A DNA stretch of 64,000 bases from Eledone cirrhosa (taxonomy: Eukaryota): the NCBI GenBank assembly GCA_964016885.1, contig OZ024742.1:160704001-160768000 (forward strand), written 5' to 3'. The notes beneath the pieces were generated by a model. That model was not told the DNA's origin and searched no databases. It saw only the letters and a list, made by a program, of their open reading frames with translations. Position 1 is the first letter of the stretch. Each line of letters opens with the position of its first letter. The position numbers were made by a program, and so were the translations under genes. Positions 38,541 through 51,572 of the stretch are shown in pieces.

Positions 38541-40673
38541 TTACCGTATTTTTGGTAGAGGAGGGATGGTTTTTACATCCCTTTTCACTTGATCGTCTGG
38601 TGAAGGGACCGTTGAATCGTCCCTTCGGCTGGTCGTCGGCTCTTCTAAGAGAATGTCTGAATATACTCTTCGATTAATGGTTCCTCCTAGGTCCCTGAAA
38701 TCACCAACTGCGTTGGGGAATTTCGTTTTAATGTTTGTGTATTGTTTCTGTGCTATTTTTAGCAGTCTTATGTTAGTTGGCGTTTTGATTGGTGCTGGTA
38801 TTATGTAGTCCTGTTGTGAAATGTCTGTGTGTTCAATTATGTAAGTCATTAGTTTCTTGTTGTGTGTGTTTATTGCCGTGCATTTGTTTTTCTGGGGGTG
38901 GGGTGTGGTTCTGCTATTTTCTTGTCGTTGTTGCTGGGTGTGTGTGTTTTGTTGTTGTGTTTGCGATGTTGGTGCTTGTGGTGGTGGTGTTGAAGGTGTT
39001 GTTGGCGGTGGGGTTGTCGCCGGTGGTGATGGTGGTGCTGGTGTGGGTGGTGATGGTGTTGGTGGTGTTGCTGCTGTGGGTCTCTTTGCAGTAGACTTTA
39101 CCCTTTTCTCATTTCTTTCCTCCCTTTTCAAAGGCGACGATGCGCTGCTTCTGCGTTTGTGCCTTCTTGAGACCTTTTGCCATCCCTCTCCCACCTCACA
39201 CTCCATGTCTGATTCTGTAAGGTCGGGGAGGGGTACCAGCTCCACTCTTTCACTTGTTGTTGTTGGTGATGTTTGCACTGGAGTCTCTGTTGCAGCTGCA
39301 TTTGGTATTGCTGTTGTTGTTGTTAATATTTCCACTGCTGCTGCTGTCTTTGATTTCCGTGGAGTGGGTATGGGTGCCACGGACCTATCGTTCCTGGTTG
39401 CCGCTTGTCCTGTTGCTGGTAGCCGTGGAACCGGATTCGGGAGGAGGGGGGTTTTCTCCTTTCTCAGGGTCTTCTCGTTGCAGAAGGCCCTGAGGTGAGT
39501 CTTCGATCCACAGCGAAAGCATTTCGGGCGTTTGCCCTCAACACTTATGGGCAGTTGAGTGCCGTTATCGAAGTCTATCACATCCGGGATAGCTTCGATG
39601 CACTCCTGGTTGGTTTGGATTAGCATCTCAATGGAGGAGCCGACCCAATCTTCTCTTACTTTTTTCTGTACTTGCAGTACAGTTGTTTTGTCCTCGATTC
39701 CGACGAGGACAGACGCGGCCAGCCAAGAAGGGGTCATTCCGGGGGGGACGTGGGTCAGTTTGACCCTCACAATTTTTTGCCCGCAGTAGGAGGGCACCAA
39801 CACCATTTCCTCGCTCCTTAGGGTCACTATTGATTGGGCCTTTGCCTCCTGGGGTGTGGCAAAAAGTACGTCTACGGTGGCGTATTTTTTGCCTCGGGTG
39901 ATGTGCGTTTTCCTCTGCCACACAGACCCCAAGGCTTTTTGTATTTGGGCCTCTGTGGCTCTTTCCACCCTACGGGATTTTGTACTTACTGTACGGTACG
40001 TGACCGTACAGTGCTCTTGGGTTTCGAAAAAATTTTTCGCTGCCTTGCAGATTGCTCGGTGTCCGTTCTTTGTCACCATCTTCTTCGCTTCCTCTAATTC
40101 CTCATTTGTTATGAGGATTGTTTCCAGGTTTTTCGCAATACCTGCAAATGAGATTGGTTTTTCTCTGCTGTTGTTGTTGTCGTCAGAGCTGCTGGTACTT
40201 TTGTTGTTGCTGCAGGTACTACGACTACTGCCTCCGCCGCTGTTGCTGTGGTTGTTGTTGGTGTTGCTGCTGCTAATGCTGTTGTTGTTTATGCTGCTGG
40301 TGATGCTGTTGCGGCTGCTACTGTTGTTTTCATTGTCACTGTTGCTGTTGTTATTACGGCTGCTACTGCTATTATTCCTGACGTCAGACGAATGAACTGG
40401 GTTTTCGTATTTCCCGCACACCTGTTTCGTCGCTGTCGTCGTCGTCGTGGAGAAACCTTGCACGCTTTGCACGAGACTTTTCTTTTCTTTCGTCGCTTGC
40501 GAAAGAGAAGGTAGGGAAAGAGACACATTTAAAGAAGGGAGGGAGAGAGACAATCTTCTCTCTCCTGTAGTGATGATTGAGGAAGAAGAAGACGGAATGA
40601 GTGGGAGTGACGTATGAAATTTTTTTTTTTTGGTAGCCATGTTTTTTTGTTTAAAATGAAATTTTGGGTACAA
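38541..40673 (-). CDS. ORF1 (gag-like, zinc knuckle, 710 aa)
   Basis: CFRCGSKTHLRAFC (CX2CX4HX4C); ends 35 bp before the ORF2 ATG; Ser/Asn and Pro/Thr low-complexity tracts. The start codon is uncertain. Confidence 0.85.
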   Translation of the reverse strand: MYPKFHFKQKNMATKKKKFHTSLPLIPSSSSSIITTGERRLSLSLPSLNVSLSLPSLSQATKEKKSLVQSVQGFSTTTTTATKQVCGKYENPVHSSDVRNNSSSSRNNNSNSDNENNSSSRNSITSSINNNSISSSNTNNNHSNSGGGSSRSTCSNNKSTSSSDDNNNSREKPISFAGIAKNLETILITNEELEEAKKMVTKNGHRAICKAAKNFFETQEHCTVTYRTVSTKSRRVERATEAQIQKALGSVWQRKTHITRGKKYATVDVLFATPQEAKAQSIVTLRSEEMVLVPSYCGQKIVRVKLTHVPPGMTPSWLAASVLVGIEDKTTVLQVQKKVREDWVGSSIEMLIQTNQECIEAIPDVIDFDNGTQLPISVEGKRPKCFRCGSKTHLRAFCNEKTLRKEKTPLLPNPVPRLPATGQAATRNDRSVAPIPTPRKSKTAAAVEILTTTTAIPNAAATETPVQTSPTTTSERVELVPLPDLTESDMECEVGEGWQKVSRRHKRRSSASSPLKREERNEKRVKSTAKRPTAATPPTPSPPTPAPPSPPATTPPPTTPSTPPPQAPTSQTQQQNTHTQQQRQENSRTTPHPQKNKCTAINTHNKKLMTYIIEHTDISQQDYIIPAPIKTPTNIRLLKIAQKQYTNIKTKFPNAVGDFRDLGGTINRRVYSDILLEEPTTSRRDDSTVPSPDDQVKRDVKTIPPLPKIR

Positions 40674-40853
40674 AACCCCAATAACTGGTTATTTAACCCC
40701 GAAGGGCCAAATAACGGACAGAAAGACCCCTCTCACGAGGAGGAGGGTGTCTTTATCAACAATTTGGTTCAAGTTTTAAACAATTTACAATTGTTTTAAC
40801 GGTTAAAAATTACTATACCTTACAGAGCCGAGCCTCCGTCAACCATGGCATTC

Positions 40854-40901
<48 letters not shown>

Positions 40902-40902
<1 letters not shown>

Positions 40903-43004
40903 TGGAGTGAAGATGAAAAAACAAAGGAATTCCCACAAGAAATCTACTTGGCAAGAGAACATCAAACGCCAAATAAACCTTCTCCGATCTGACATAGAAA
41001 TTTTAACAAACTATAAAGTAGGTGAACATGTTAAACAAACTAAACTTGAAAAATTGAAAAAAAAGTACAGTATAAAATCAACATGTGACATAGACATGCT
41101 GATAGAAATAATCAAGCAAAAAGATGCCATCATGGCTAGTTAACGGCATTACATTCCTGCTACCGAAGAATGAGACAAACAATCCCAAAAATTACAGGCC
41201 GATAACTTGCTTGACCACAATGTATAAAATTTTAACATCAGTCCTAACTGAATACACATATGACCACCTGATAACAAATGACCTATTACCCATTGAGCAG
41301 AAAGGGTGTAAACGAGGCTCATATGGCTGTAAGGATCAGCTTCTGGTTAACAAAATGATACTGGAAGATTGTAATAATAGACACAAAAATCTATCGATTA
41401 CTTGGATAGATTATAAAAAAGCATTCGATAGTTTGCCACACAGTTGGATTGAAAAATGTTTAGAGATTTTCAAAATATCCCCCGTTGTCAGGAGGTTTTT
41501 GTCATTCAGTATGAAGACATGGAGAACGACACTCCTTTTGAATAGTGAAACAAAATCACTGGAAGCTGGAGAAGTTAATATTAATTGTGGAATTTTTCAG
41601 GGTGACTCTTTATCACCGCTTTTATTCTGCATCGCACTTATACCATTAAGTAAAATGCTCAATGAAACAAAACATGGATATAGAGTCTATGACAAAACCA
41701 TTAATCACTTGTTCTACATGGATGACCTGAAACTATTTGCAAAAAATGATGAACAACTGCAAGGGCACTGTGAAGCAGTTCAGTGATGACATTAAAATGG
41801 AGTTTGGACTGGATAAATGCGCCAAAGCAACGTTCACCAGAGGAAAGCTGCTGAAGAGTTCAGACACTAATCTTGATCGGGGGATCGTGATAAGAGAACT
41901 TGATCAAGAAAAAACTTACAAATATCTAGGTGTTTGTGAAGGAGACGGAATCAAGCACTCGACAATGAGGGAAAGGATAAGGAAGGAATGTTACCGCAGA
42001 GTAAGAGAAATCTTAAGAACGGAATTGAATGCAAGGAATAGGATCGATGCCATAAACACGCTTGCCATACCAGTAGTAACCTACAGTTACAATGTCATCA
42101 ACTGGTCAAGCACAGAGATCCGTAGGCTCGATACGAAAATTCGAAAATTCTTAACCATGCACAGAATGCATCACCCTAAAGCAGATATAGATAGAATATA
42201 TCTCCCTAGGAAAGAAGGAGGACGTGGGTTAATCCAGTTAGACATTGCGTTGAAAACTGCAACAATTGGATTATCTACATATCTAAGGGAATCACATGAT
42301 TGGATGATCAAACTCGTTTTGAAACACGAAAGCATCAAAAGATCATATTCCATTACAAAAGATGCACAAAGATACAGCAATGGACTACAAATTTCAGAAG
42401 TTCCATTTACTGCTGAAATGGAAAACACAGAAAAAGCAAAGCAGGTAAAAGTAACTGCAAAGAAAGAACTGCTACAGAAACTGCAAAGAAAGAACTGCTA
42501 CAGATCACATCTCAATCTTGTGGAACTTTAGCATCCAAACAGACCGAAAAATAGATGCAAATAGACCTGATATAATATTGAAGGACTTTCAAAGGAGGGT
42601 ATGCCTGCTAATTGATATGTCTGTTCCAATAGACAAGAATGTATCTATAAAAACATTTGAAAAATTGAGCAAGTATAAGGACCTGGAGATAGAAATTGGA
42701 AAAATGTGGAAATTGAGAACTAAAACAATACCAGTGGTTGTAGGCGCTCTGGGAATGATACCTAAGGGGTCTAACGACTACTTATCGCAAATCCCAGGAA
42801 ATCCGCGTATAGGAGAAATACAAAAGATAGTACTAATGGGAACTGCCCATATACTAAGGAAGATCCTGTCAATATAAGTACATCTAAGGATGCATGTGTG
42901 AATATGTATGTTCTTTCTTGAACATGGCGGACCTTGTTGTCTCTTGAGGTCACTGGTTGTGACTTGGTGATAACTCGTATGAACATAAAGCAAGATAAAT
43001 GCAA
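40902..43004 (+). mobile_element. R4/Dong-like family B copy with internal deletions
   Basis: RT (NYRPITCL, GIFQGDSLSP, FYMDD) and RLE fragments; (TAA)n on both sides. Confidence 0.9.
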
Positions 43005-43024
43005 ATAATAATAATAATAATAAT

Positions 43025-44311
43025 GATTTCTTTATTGGCCACAAGGGCTGACATCAAGAAAAACACCACAGACGGAACAGGACGGTACGATGTGGGTTTT
43101 GTGCGTGTAAATATTTTTATTATTTATATAAGAAAAGAAAAAAAACATAAAACATATATATATATAAACAATAAAATGAAAATTGAAACAATGAAAAATT
43201 CCCCAAGAAGATGGAAACCTCCGAGGGTCACTCGTGGCGAAAACCACACAAAAGACCACGGCCACCCTGACTACCAGGGCAAGCGGCCTCTCTCAATTTT
43301 TCCATCTCTCAAACTACAGACGTATATTCACCCACCTTTCAATAAACTTGCTAGAAAGCAGCAACTTTGTTGAAAGGGATTCGCCGAAGAGGAAAGTGTT
43401 TGTCTTTAATCCTTTTAACCTTGTCCACCACACAATCTCTTTCGCCATTGTCACCAGGCAGATGAAAACCGCCTGTCCTTCCTCCTCAAAGGAAGACGGC
43501 GAGACCATCTGCACAATGGACTCAGTCGACAACTGTTCGACATAGCTCCACAAGTCAGCAATGCTCGGGCACTGAACGAGTGCGTGCACAACGGTTTCGT
43601 CGCTATGCGTGCATCTCGGACAGGCTCGGCTGACGGTACTTCCGTACCTGTAGAGCTTATCTCGAACCGGCAGCGCTCCCCGGTAGCACTGCCAGGCCAG
43701 GGATTTTTAGAAGTTATCCATAGGCCCCGGGCTGAAAGTTCTCCGGAAGAGAGCAAACAGCTGATCTTCTTCGACGCCCAGGATCTCTCCGAAAACATCG
43801 TCGCTCTTCCCCTCTACTAGTCCTCTATAGAACGCCGAGGTGGATGTTCCACCGATACTGGTGCCCAACTGGGAGAGGGTAGTGAGCGCCTGGAGACATT
43901 CCAGTTTCCAAGCGCTATCCCTCGGTCTTTTTCTGACCCAGGACTGCAGCTCCGTCAAGGAGACGAGCTGTTGGAAAATGTGCCTGGCGAACGACGACCA
44001 CACCCGTTCACTATCAAGGAAGCACCAGAGATGTCGCAGCCTCAGCGCATGTTTGCGCATTATCAGCCATGGCATGGCCAGTCCTCCACGCAACGGGTGT
44101 TGACAGCAGATGGATCGTCTGACCATGGAGACGCGTCCCTTCCACAAAAAGTGGAAGAGGAGGTGCTCCATTTTGGTGAGAGTTGGGCTGGAGCAAGGGA
44201 CGACGGTGAGGCGGTAGCAGATGACGGATGCGATGTACGCATTCGCCATTTCCGCCCGGCCTTTCAGGGACAGCTTCCTCTCAGCCCATTTCTGGGTGAT
44301 GGAGGCCACCC
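43025..44311 (-). mobile_element. Tx1-like 3' fragment (second subfamily, different 3' UTR)
   Basis: Homologous to the ORF2 C-terminal third; 3' end cttgtggccaataaagaaatc(att)n. Confidence 0.85.
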
Positions 44312-44315
44312 TAAT

Positions 44316-46179
44316 GCTTTCTTTATTAACCACAAGGGTTTATATAAAGTAGACATTAAGGACAGTACAGGACTATACAGGACGGTATAAATGGGCATTT
44401 CTGCGTGTAAAAAAACAGTGGATGTAATAAAAATAACAATGAAAAATTCCCCAATAGGGGGGAGACTTCCGAGGGACATTTGTGGAGAAAGCCCATTAAA
44501 AGGCCACAGTGACCCTGACCACCAGGGCAAGTGCCCTCTCCCAGTTTTCCACCTTTAATTTACAGACACATACTCAGAGTAGGCCCATTCACTCGGGCCA
44601 TACTTGCTTCTCTCACCCATCTTTCAACAAAATGCTGGGAAGAGAGCACTTCCCTCTCTACCCTGATTTTCCTTTTCAGATGAAATTTGAAAAAGTTAAT
44701 CAGGGCATCACCGAAGAGGAAAGTGCTCATCTTCAGGCCTTTCAAACGTGTCCACTATATATCTCTGTCGCCATGGCCACCAGACATATAAAAACTGCCT
44801 GCCCTTCCCGGCTGAAGGAAGAGGGCGGAGCAATCCTCACGGTGGACTCAGCTGATAGCCGGATCCGTCCTACACGCGACAGCAGGTGTTCGACATAAAC
44901 CCACAAGTCAGCAATGCTCGAACACTGGACGAGTGCGTGCAGGGTGGTTTCGTCGCCCTGCGCGCATCTCGAACATGCCCGGCTGACGGCACCTCCATGC
45001 CTGTAGAGTTTATCCCAAACTGGCAAATCTCCTCGGTAGCACTGCCAGGCCAGGGATTTCTGGAAGTTGTCCATAGGCCCCGGCCCGAAAGTTCTTCCGA
45101 AGATATTGGCTAGTTGATTTTCGTCGACGCCTAGAGTTTCCTCAAGTACGTCGTCGCTCTTCCCCTCCAATAATCCTCTATAGAACGCCAAGGTGGAGTT
45201 TCCACTGATCACATTGACCGATTGGTCGAGGGCTGTGAGCGCCTGAAGAGATTCCAGTCCCCAAGCGCTCCCTCTAGGTCTTCGCTTGACCCAGGACTGC
45301 AGCTCCATCAAGGAGATGAGCTGGGGAAAGACGCGTCGAGCAAACGGTGACCACACCTGATACCTGTCGAGGAAGAGGTGGAGATATCGTAGCCTGAGCG
45401 CGTGTCTGCGCATCATCAGCCACGGCATGCCCTGTTATCCACGTAGCGGGTGTTGACAGCAGATGGACCGCCCTACCATCGGAGCGCGTCCCTTCCATAA
45501 AAAGAGAAAGAGTAAACGCTCCAGCGTAGTCAGGCGGAGCTTAGGACAAGGTACGACGGTCAGGCGGTAGTAGATGACGGACGCGATGTACGCGTTAGCA
45601 ACCTCCGCTCGACCTTTCAGGGATAGCTTCCTCTCCGCCCATTTCTGGGTGAGAGAAGCCACCCTGCTCGTCACCTCGTCCCAGTTTTTGTCCGTCTGGA
45701 GGTCCGGACCGAACCAGACCCCTAGCAATTTAACCGGTCCGTCCGTCCAGCGTCCGACGGCGCTGTTGGACGGCATGGACCTGCCTCTCCAGGTGCCGAG
45801 CTGCAGGCCCACCGACTTTTCCTGGTTGATCATTGCTCCTGTCACCGCTTCGTATTCTCTTAGTGTAGTGCCGATCGCCTCGATCTGTTTGGCGTTCGAC
45901 ACCACTACGGTGACATCGTCCGCATATGCTGACACGGATCTTCCGCATCCTAGTTCGCGCGGGACCCCCCTCAACGTCTCCAGTTTGTGCAGTGATGGCT
46001 CGAGAGTCAATACGTACAAGAGGGAGGAGAGGGGACATCCTTGGTGGACCGAGTGCATGATGTTGAACGGTTCCGAAAGGTGACCGTTCACTCTCACCAC
46101 AGAGCAAATGTCGGTCGCTGGTGCATGGCAGCGATCCAGCCTCTGAAGACTGGGCCAAGCCAGCCGCTCTCAGGACTGC
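44316..46179 (-). mobile_element. Tx1-like 5'-truncated, frameshifted copy
   Basis: ORFs 45435-46100 and 44742-45428 match ORF2 from the YADD region to the C-terminus. Confidence 0.88.
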
Positions 46180-46218
<39 letters not shown>

Positions 46219-46222
46219 TAAT

Positions 46223-46931
46223 GCTTTCTTTATTAACCACAAGGGTTTACATAAAGTAGACATTAAGGACAGTACAGGACAATACAGGACGGTACAAATG
46301 GGCATTTCTGCGTGTAAAAAAAAAACAGAGGATGTAACAAAAAAAATAACAATGAAAAATTCCCCAATAGGGGGGAGACTTCCGAGGGACATAATAATAA
46401 TAATAATAATAATGATGAATGATTTCTTTATTGGCCACAAGGGCTGACATCAAGAAAAACATTACAGACGGCACAGGACGGTACAGGATGGTACGATGTG
46501 GGTGTTGTGCGTGTAAATATTTTTATTATTTATATAAGAAAAGAAAAAAAAAAGACATAGAAACATATATATATATAAACAATAAAAATGAAAATTGAAA
46601 CAATGAAAAATTCCCCAATAGGGGGGAACACCTCCGAGGGTTACTCGTGGCGAAAACCACACAAAAGACCACGGCCAACCTGACCACCAGGGCAAGCGCC
46701 CTCTCTCAATTTTTCCATCTGTCAAACTACAGACGTATATTCAGAGTGGTCCCGTTCACTCGGACCATTCTCGCTACATTCACCCACCTTTCAACAAACT
46801 TGCTAGAAGACAGCACTTGCCTCTCCACCCTGATTTTCCTCTTCAAGTGAAACTTGAAAAAGTTATTTAGCCGAAGAGAATAATAATTGTTTCTACTTTT
46901 GACACAAGGCCAGCAATTACCCAGTACATTC
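46223..46931 (-). mobile_element. Short 3' fragments separated by (TAA)n: Tx1 subfamily A UTR (46223-46392), Tx1 subfamily B (46421-46878), SINE tail (46884-46931)
   Basis: Direct matches to the 3' ends at 34823, 43025 and the SINE tail. Confidence 0.8.
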
Positions 46932-47012
<81 letters not shown>

Positions 47013-47040
47013 GATCAATAATAAATCAATAATAATAATA

Positions 47041-49020
47041 AAATCAATACCACCCAAGGAGGAAGTGCAAGTATTCTGGGAAAAGATCTGGGCCGAAGAA
47101 AAAGTTCATAACATACATGGCCCATGGATAGACAGACAAATGAAAGACACAGCTCACCTTGAAGAACAAATATGGGAAAATTTAACAGTTGAACATCTGC
47201 ACTTGGATCTAAGAAAAACCAGCAAATGGAAATCTCCAGGAAAAGACAAAATACAAAATTTTTGGATAAATGCCTTCACAGAGTCTCACGAGCTGTTAGC
47301 CCAACTTTACAATGAAATAGTTCAGGAGCCAGAAAAGATACCATCATGGCTAGTTAACGGCATTACATTCCTGCTTCCGAAGAATGATGAGACAAACAAT
47401 CCCAAAAATTACAGGCCGATAACTTGCTTGACCACAATGTATAAAATTTTAACATCAGTCCTAACTGAATATACATATGACCACCTGATAACAAATGACC
47501 TATTTCCCATTGAGCAGAAAGGGTGTAAACGAGGCTCATATGGCTGTAAGGATCAGCTTTTGGTTAACAAAATGATACTGGAAGATTGTCATAATAGACA
47601 CAAAAAATCTATCAATTGCTTGGATAGATTATAAAAAAGCATTCGATAGTTTGTCACACAGTTGGATTGAAAAATGTTTAGAGATTTTCAAAATATCCCC
47701 CGTCGTCAGGAGGTTTTTGTCATTCAGTATGAAGACATGGAGAACGACACTCCTTTTGAATAGTGAAACAAAATCACTGGAAGCTGGAGAAGTTAATATT
47801 AATTGTGGAATTTTTCAGGGTGACTCTTTATCACCGCTTTTATTCTGCATCGCACTTATACCATTAAGTAAAATGCGCAATGAAACAAAACATGGATATA
47901 AAGTCTATGACAAAACCATTAATCACTTGTTCTACATGGATGACCTGAAACTATTTGCAAAAAATGATGAACAATTGCACGGGCTATTATCCACTGTGGA
48001 GCAGTTCAGTGATGACATTAAAATGGAGTTTGGACTAGATAAATGCGCCAAAGCAACGTTCACCAGAGGAAAGCTGCTGAAGAGTTCAGACATTAATCTT
48101 GATCGGGGGAATGTGATAAGAGAACTTGATCAAGAAAAAACTTACAAATATCTAGGTGTTTGTGAAGGAGACGGAATCAAGCACTCGACAATGAGGGAAA
48201 GGATAAGGAAGGAATGTTACCGCAGAGTAAGAGCAATCTTAAGAACGGAATTGAATGCAAGGAATAGGATCGATGTCATAAACACGCTTGCCATACCAGT
48301 AGTAACCTACAGTTACAATGTCATCAACTGGTCAAGCACAGAGATCCGTAGGCTCGATACAAAAATCCGAAAATTCTTAACCATGCACAGAATGCATCAC
48401 CCTAAGGCAGATATAGATAGAATATATCTCCCTAGGAAAGAAGGAGGACGTGGGTTAATCCAGTTAGACATTGCGTTGAAAACTGCAACAATTGTATTAT
48501 CTACATATCACATGATTGGATGATCAAACTCGTTTTGAAACACGAAAGCATCAAAAGATCATACTCCATTACAAAAGATGCACAAAGATACAGAAGTCCC
48601 ATTTACTGCTGAAATGGAAAACACAGAAAAAGCAAAGCAGGTAAAAGTAACTGCAAAGAAAGAACTGAGCAAGTATAAGGACCTGGAGATAGAAATTGGA
48701 AAAATGTGGAAATTGAGAACTAAAACAATACCAGTGGTTGTAGGCGCTCTAGGAATGATACCTAAGGGGTCTAATGATTACTTATGGCAAATCCCAGGAA
48801 ACCTGCGTATAGGAGAAATACAAAAGATAGTACTAATGGGAACTGCCAATATACTAAGGAAGATTCTGTCAATATAAGTACATCACAAGTCTAAACACTA
48901 AAGATGCAAGTGTGAGTATGTATGTTCTTACTTGAACATGGCGGACCTTGTTGTCTCTTGAGGTCACTGGTTGTGACTTTGTGATAACTCGTATGAACAT
49001 AAAGCAAGATAAATGCAACT

Positions 49021-49021
<1 letters not shown>
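47041..49021 (+). mobile_element. R4/Dong-like family B copy, 5'-truncated, with internal deletions
   Basis: KSPGKD, NYRPITCL, FYMDD, ..RKILSI; (TAA)n on both sides. Confidence 0.9.
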
Positions 49022-49073
<52 letters not shown>

Positions 49074-49075
<2 letters not shown>

Positions 49076-50753
49076 TTTCTTTATTAACCACAAGGGTTTA
49101 CATAAAGTAGACATTAAGGACAGTGCAGGACAATGCAGGACGGTACAAATGGGCATTTCTGCGTGTAAAAAACAAAAACAGAGGATGTAACAAAAATAAC
49201 AATGAAAATAACAATGAAAAATTCCCCAATAGGGGGGAGACTTCGGAGGGACATTTGTGGAGAAAGCCCAGTAAAAGGCCACAATGACCCTGACCACCAA
49301 GGCAAGTGCCCTCTCCCAGTTTTCCACCTTTAATTTACAGATATATACTCAGAGTAGGCCCATTCACTCGGGCCATTCTTGCATCTCTCACCCATCTTTC
49401 AACAAAATGCTGGGAAGAGAGCACTTCCCTCTCTACTCTGATTTTCCTTTTCAAATGAAATTTGAAAAAGTCAATCAGAGTATCACCGAAGAGGTTAGTG
49501 CTCGTCTTCAGCCCTTTCAAACGTGTCCACCATACTATCTCTTTCGCCATGGCCACCAGACAGATAAAAACTGCCTGCCCTTCCCGGCTAAAGGAGGAGG
49601 GAGGGGCAATCCTCACGATGGACTCAGATGATAGCCGGATCCGTCCTAAACGCGACAGCAGGTGTTCGACATAAACCCACAAGTCAGCAATTTTCGGACA
49701 CTGGACGAGTGCGTGCAGAACGGTTTCGTCGCCCTGTGCGCATCTCGGACATGCCCGGCTGACGGCACCTCCATGCCTGTAGAGTTTATCCCGATCTGGC
49801 AAGGCTCCTCGGTAGCACTGCCAGGCCAGAGATTTCTGGAAGTTGTCCATAGGCCCTGGCCCGAAAGTTCTTCCGAAGAGATTGGCTAGTTGATTTTCGT
49901 CGACGCCTAGAGTTTCCCCAAGTACGTCGTCGCTCTTCCCCTCCACTAATCCTCTATAGAACGCCGAGGTGGGGTTTCCACCGATCACATTGCCCGATTG
50001 GTCGAGGGCTGTGAGTGCCTGAAGACATTCCAGTCTCCAGGCGCTCCCTCTCGGTCTTCGCTTGACCCAGGACTGCAGCTCCGTCAAGGAAACGAGCTGG
50101 GGAAATACGTGTCTAGCAAACGGCGACCACACCTGATCACCGTCGAGGAAGAGGTGGAGATGTCGTAGCCTGAGCGCGTGCCTGCGCATCATCAGCCACG
50201 GCATGCCCAGCCCTCCACGTAGCGGGTGTTGACAACAGATGGACCGCCTGACCATCGGAGCACGTCCCTTCCACAAAAAGCGAAAGAGCAAACGCTCCAG
50301 CGCAGTCAGGCGAGGCTTAGGACAAGGTACGACGGTCAAGCGGTAGCAGATGACAGACGCGATGTACGCGTTAGCCACCTCCGCTCGACCTTTCAGGGAT
50401 AGCTTTCTCTCCGCCCATTTTTGGGTGAGAGAAGCCACCCTGCTCGTCACCTCGTCCCAGTTTTTGTCCGTCTGGAGGTCCGGACCGAACCAGACCCCTA
50501 GCAATTTAACCGGTCCGTCCGTCCAGCGTCCGACGACGCTGTTGGACGGCATGGACCTGCCTCTCCAGGTGCCGAGCTGCAGGCCCACTGACTTTTCCTG
50601 GTTGATCATTGCTCCTGTCACCGCTTCGTATTCTCTTAGTGTAGTGCCGATCGCCTCGATGTGTTTGGCGTTCGACACCACTACGGTGACATCGTCCGCA
50701 TCTGCTGACACGGATCTTCCGCATCCTAGTTCGCGCGGGACCCCCCTCAACGT
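49074..50753 (-). mobile_element. Tx1-like 5'-truncated copy, near-identical to the full-length element
   Basis: ORF 49335-50750 matches the ORF2 C-terminus, with YADD changed to DADD. Confidence 0.9.
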
Positions 50754-51007
50754 TAGCTCTTCATATATATACTAACAAAAATAAATTAAAGATGTCATGT
50801 CTGAGAATATCAGAAACATGCACCATACCACCTGTAGAAGTGGCATATATATATATGTATAAATACATTCATAAACGTATATATATATGTATAAATATAT
50901 ACACATACACATAAACACACATATACATACATACATACATGAACTCATATGACCAATTGTGTTTACGGCTATTTTCTGCGTCTGAGTTTCCTACGTTTGC
51001 TATGAAC

Positions 51008-51104
<97 letters not shown>

Positions 51105-51266
51105 AGTACAGATTAAAATTATAAGTAATAAATTACTGCTTTCCCTCACTCTATGTGGGGTCTTCTGAAACTGAGAAAAATCTTCGGATTTTGGTCTTTG
51201 TATTTATTATTTATATATATATATATATATATTATTTATATATATATTATTTATATATATATTATT

Positions 51267-51340
<74 letters not shown>

Positions 51341-51504
51341 CATATGTCACTGCCTACCCAGGTAGTCATCCAATTCTACTTACCACACATTTATCCTATC
51401 CATTATCCATTATCCATTATCCATTATCCATTATCCATTCAACTATACATCTTTCCATTTCTTCATCTATCCCTCTCTCCTTCAATCCACCTATAGATCT
51501 AACC

Positions 51505-51572
<68 letters not shown>

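Larger units (their letters stand above)
34823..40853 (-). mobile_element. Full-length, apparently intact Tx1/L1-clade non-LTR retrotransposon (~6.0 kb) inserted in (TAA)n
   Basis: Two intact ORFs, 5' and 3' UTRs, and AATAAA near the 3' end. (TAA)n lies at about 34764-34822 and 40854-40901. Confidence 0.92.

Noticed and set aside
36101-38677. Antisense and overlapping ORFs within the Tx1 elements (also 45574-46083 and 50350-50775)
   Set aside because: These are shadow ORFs of GC-rich coding sequence with no recognisable motifs.
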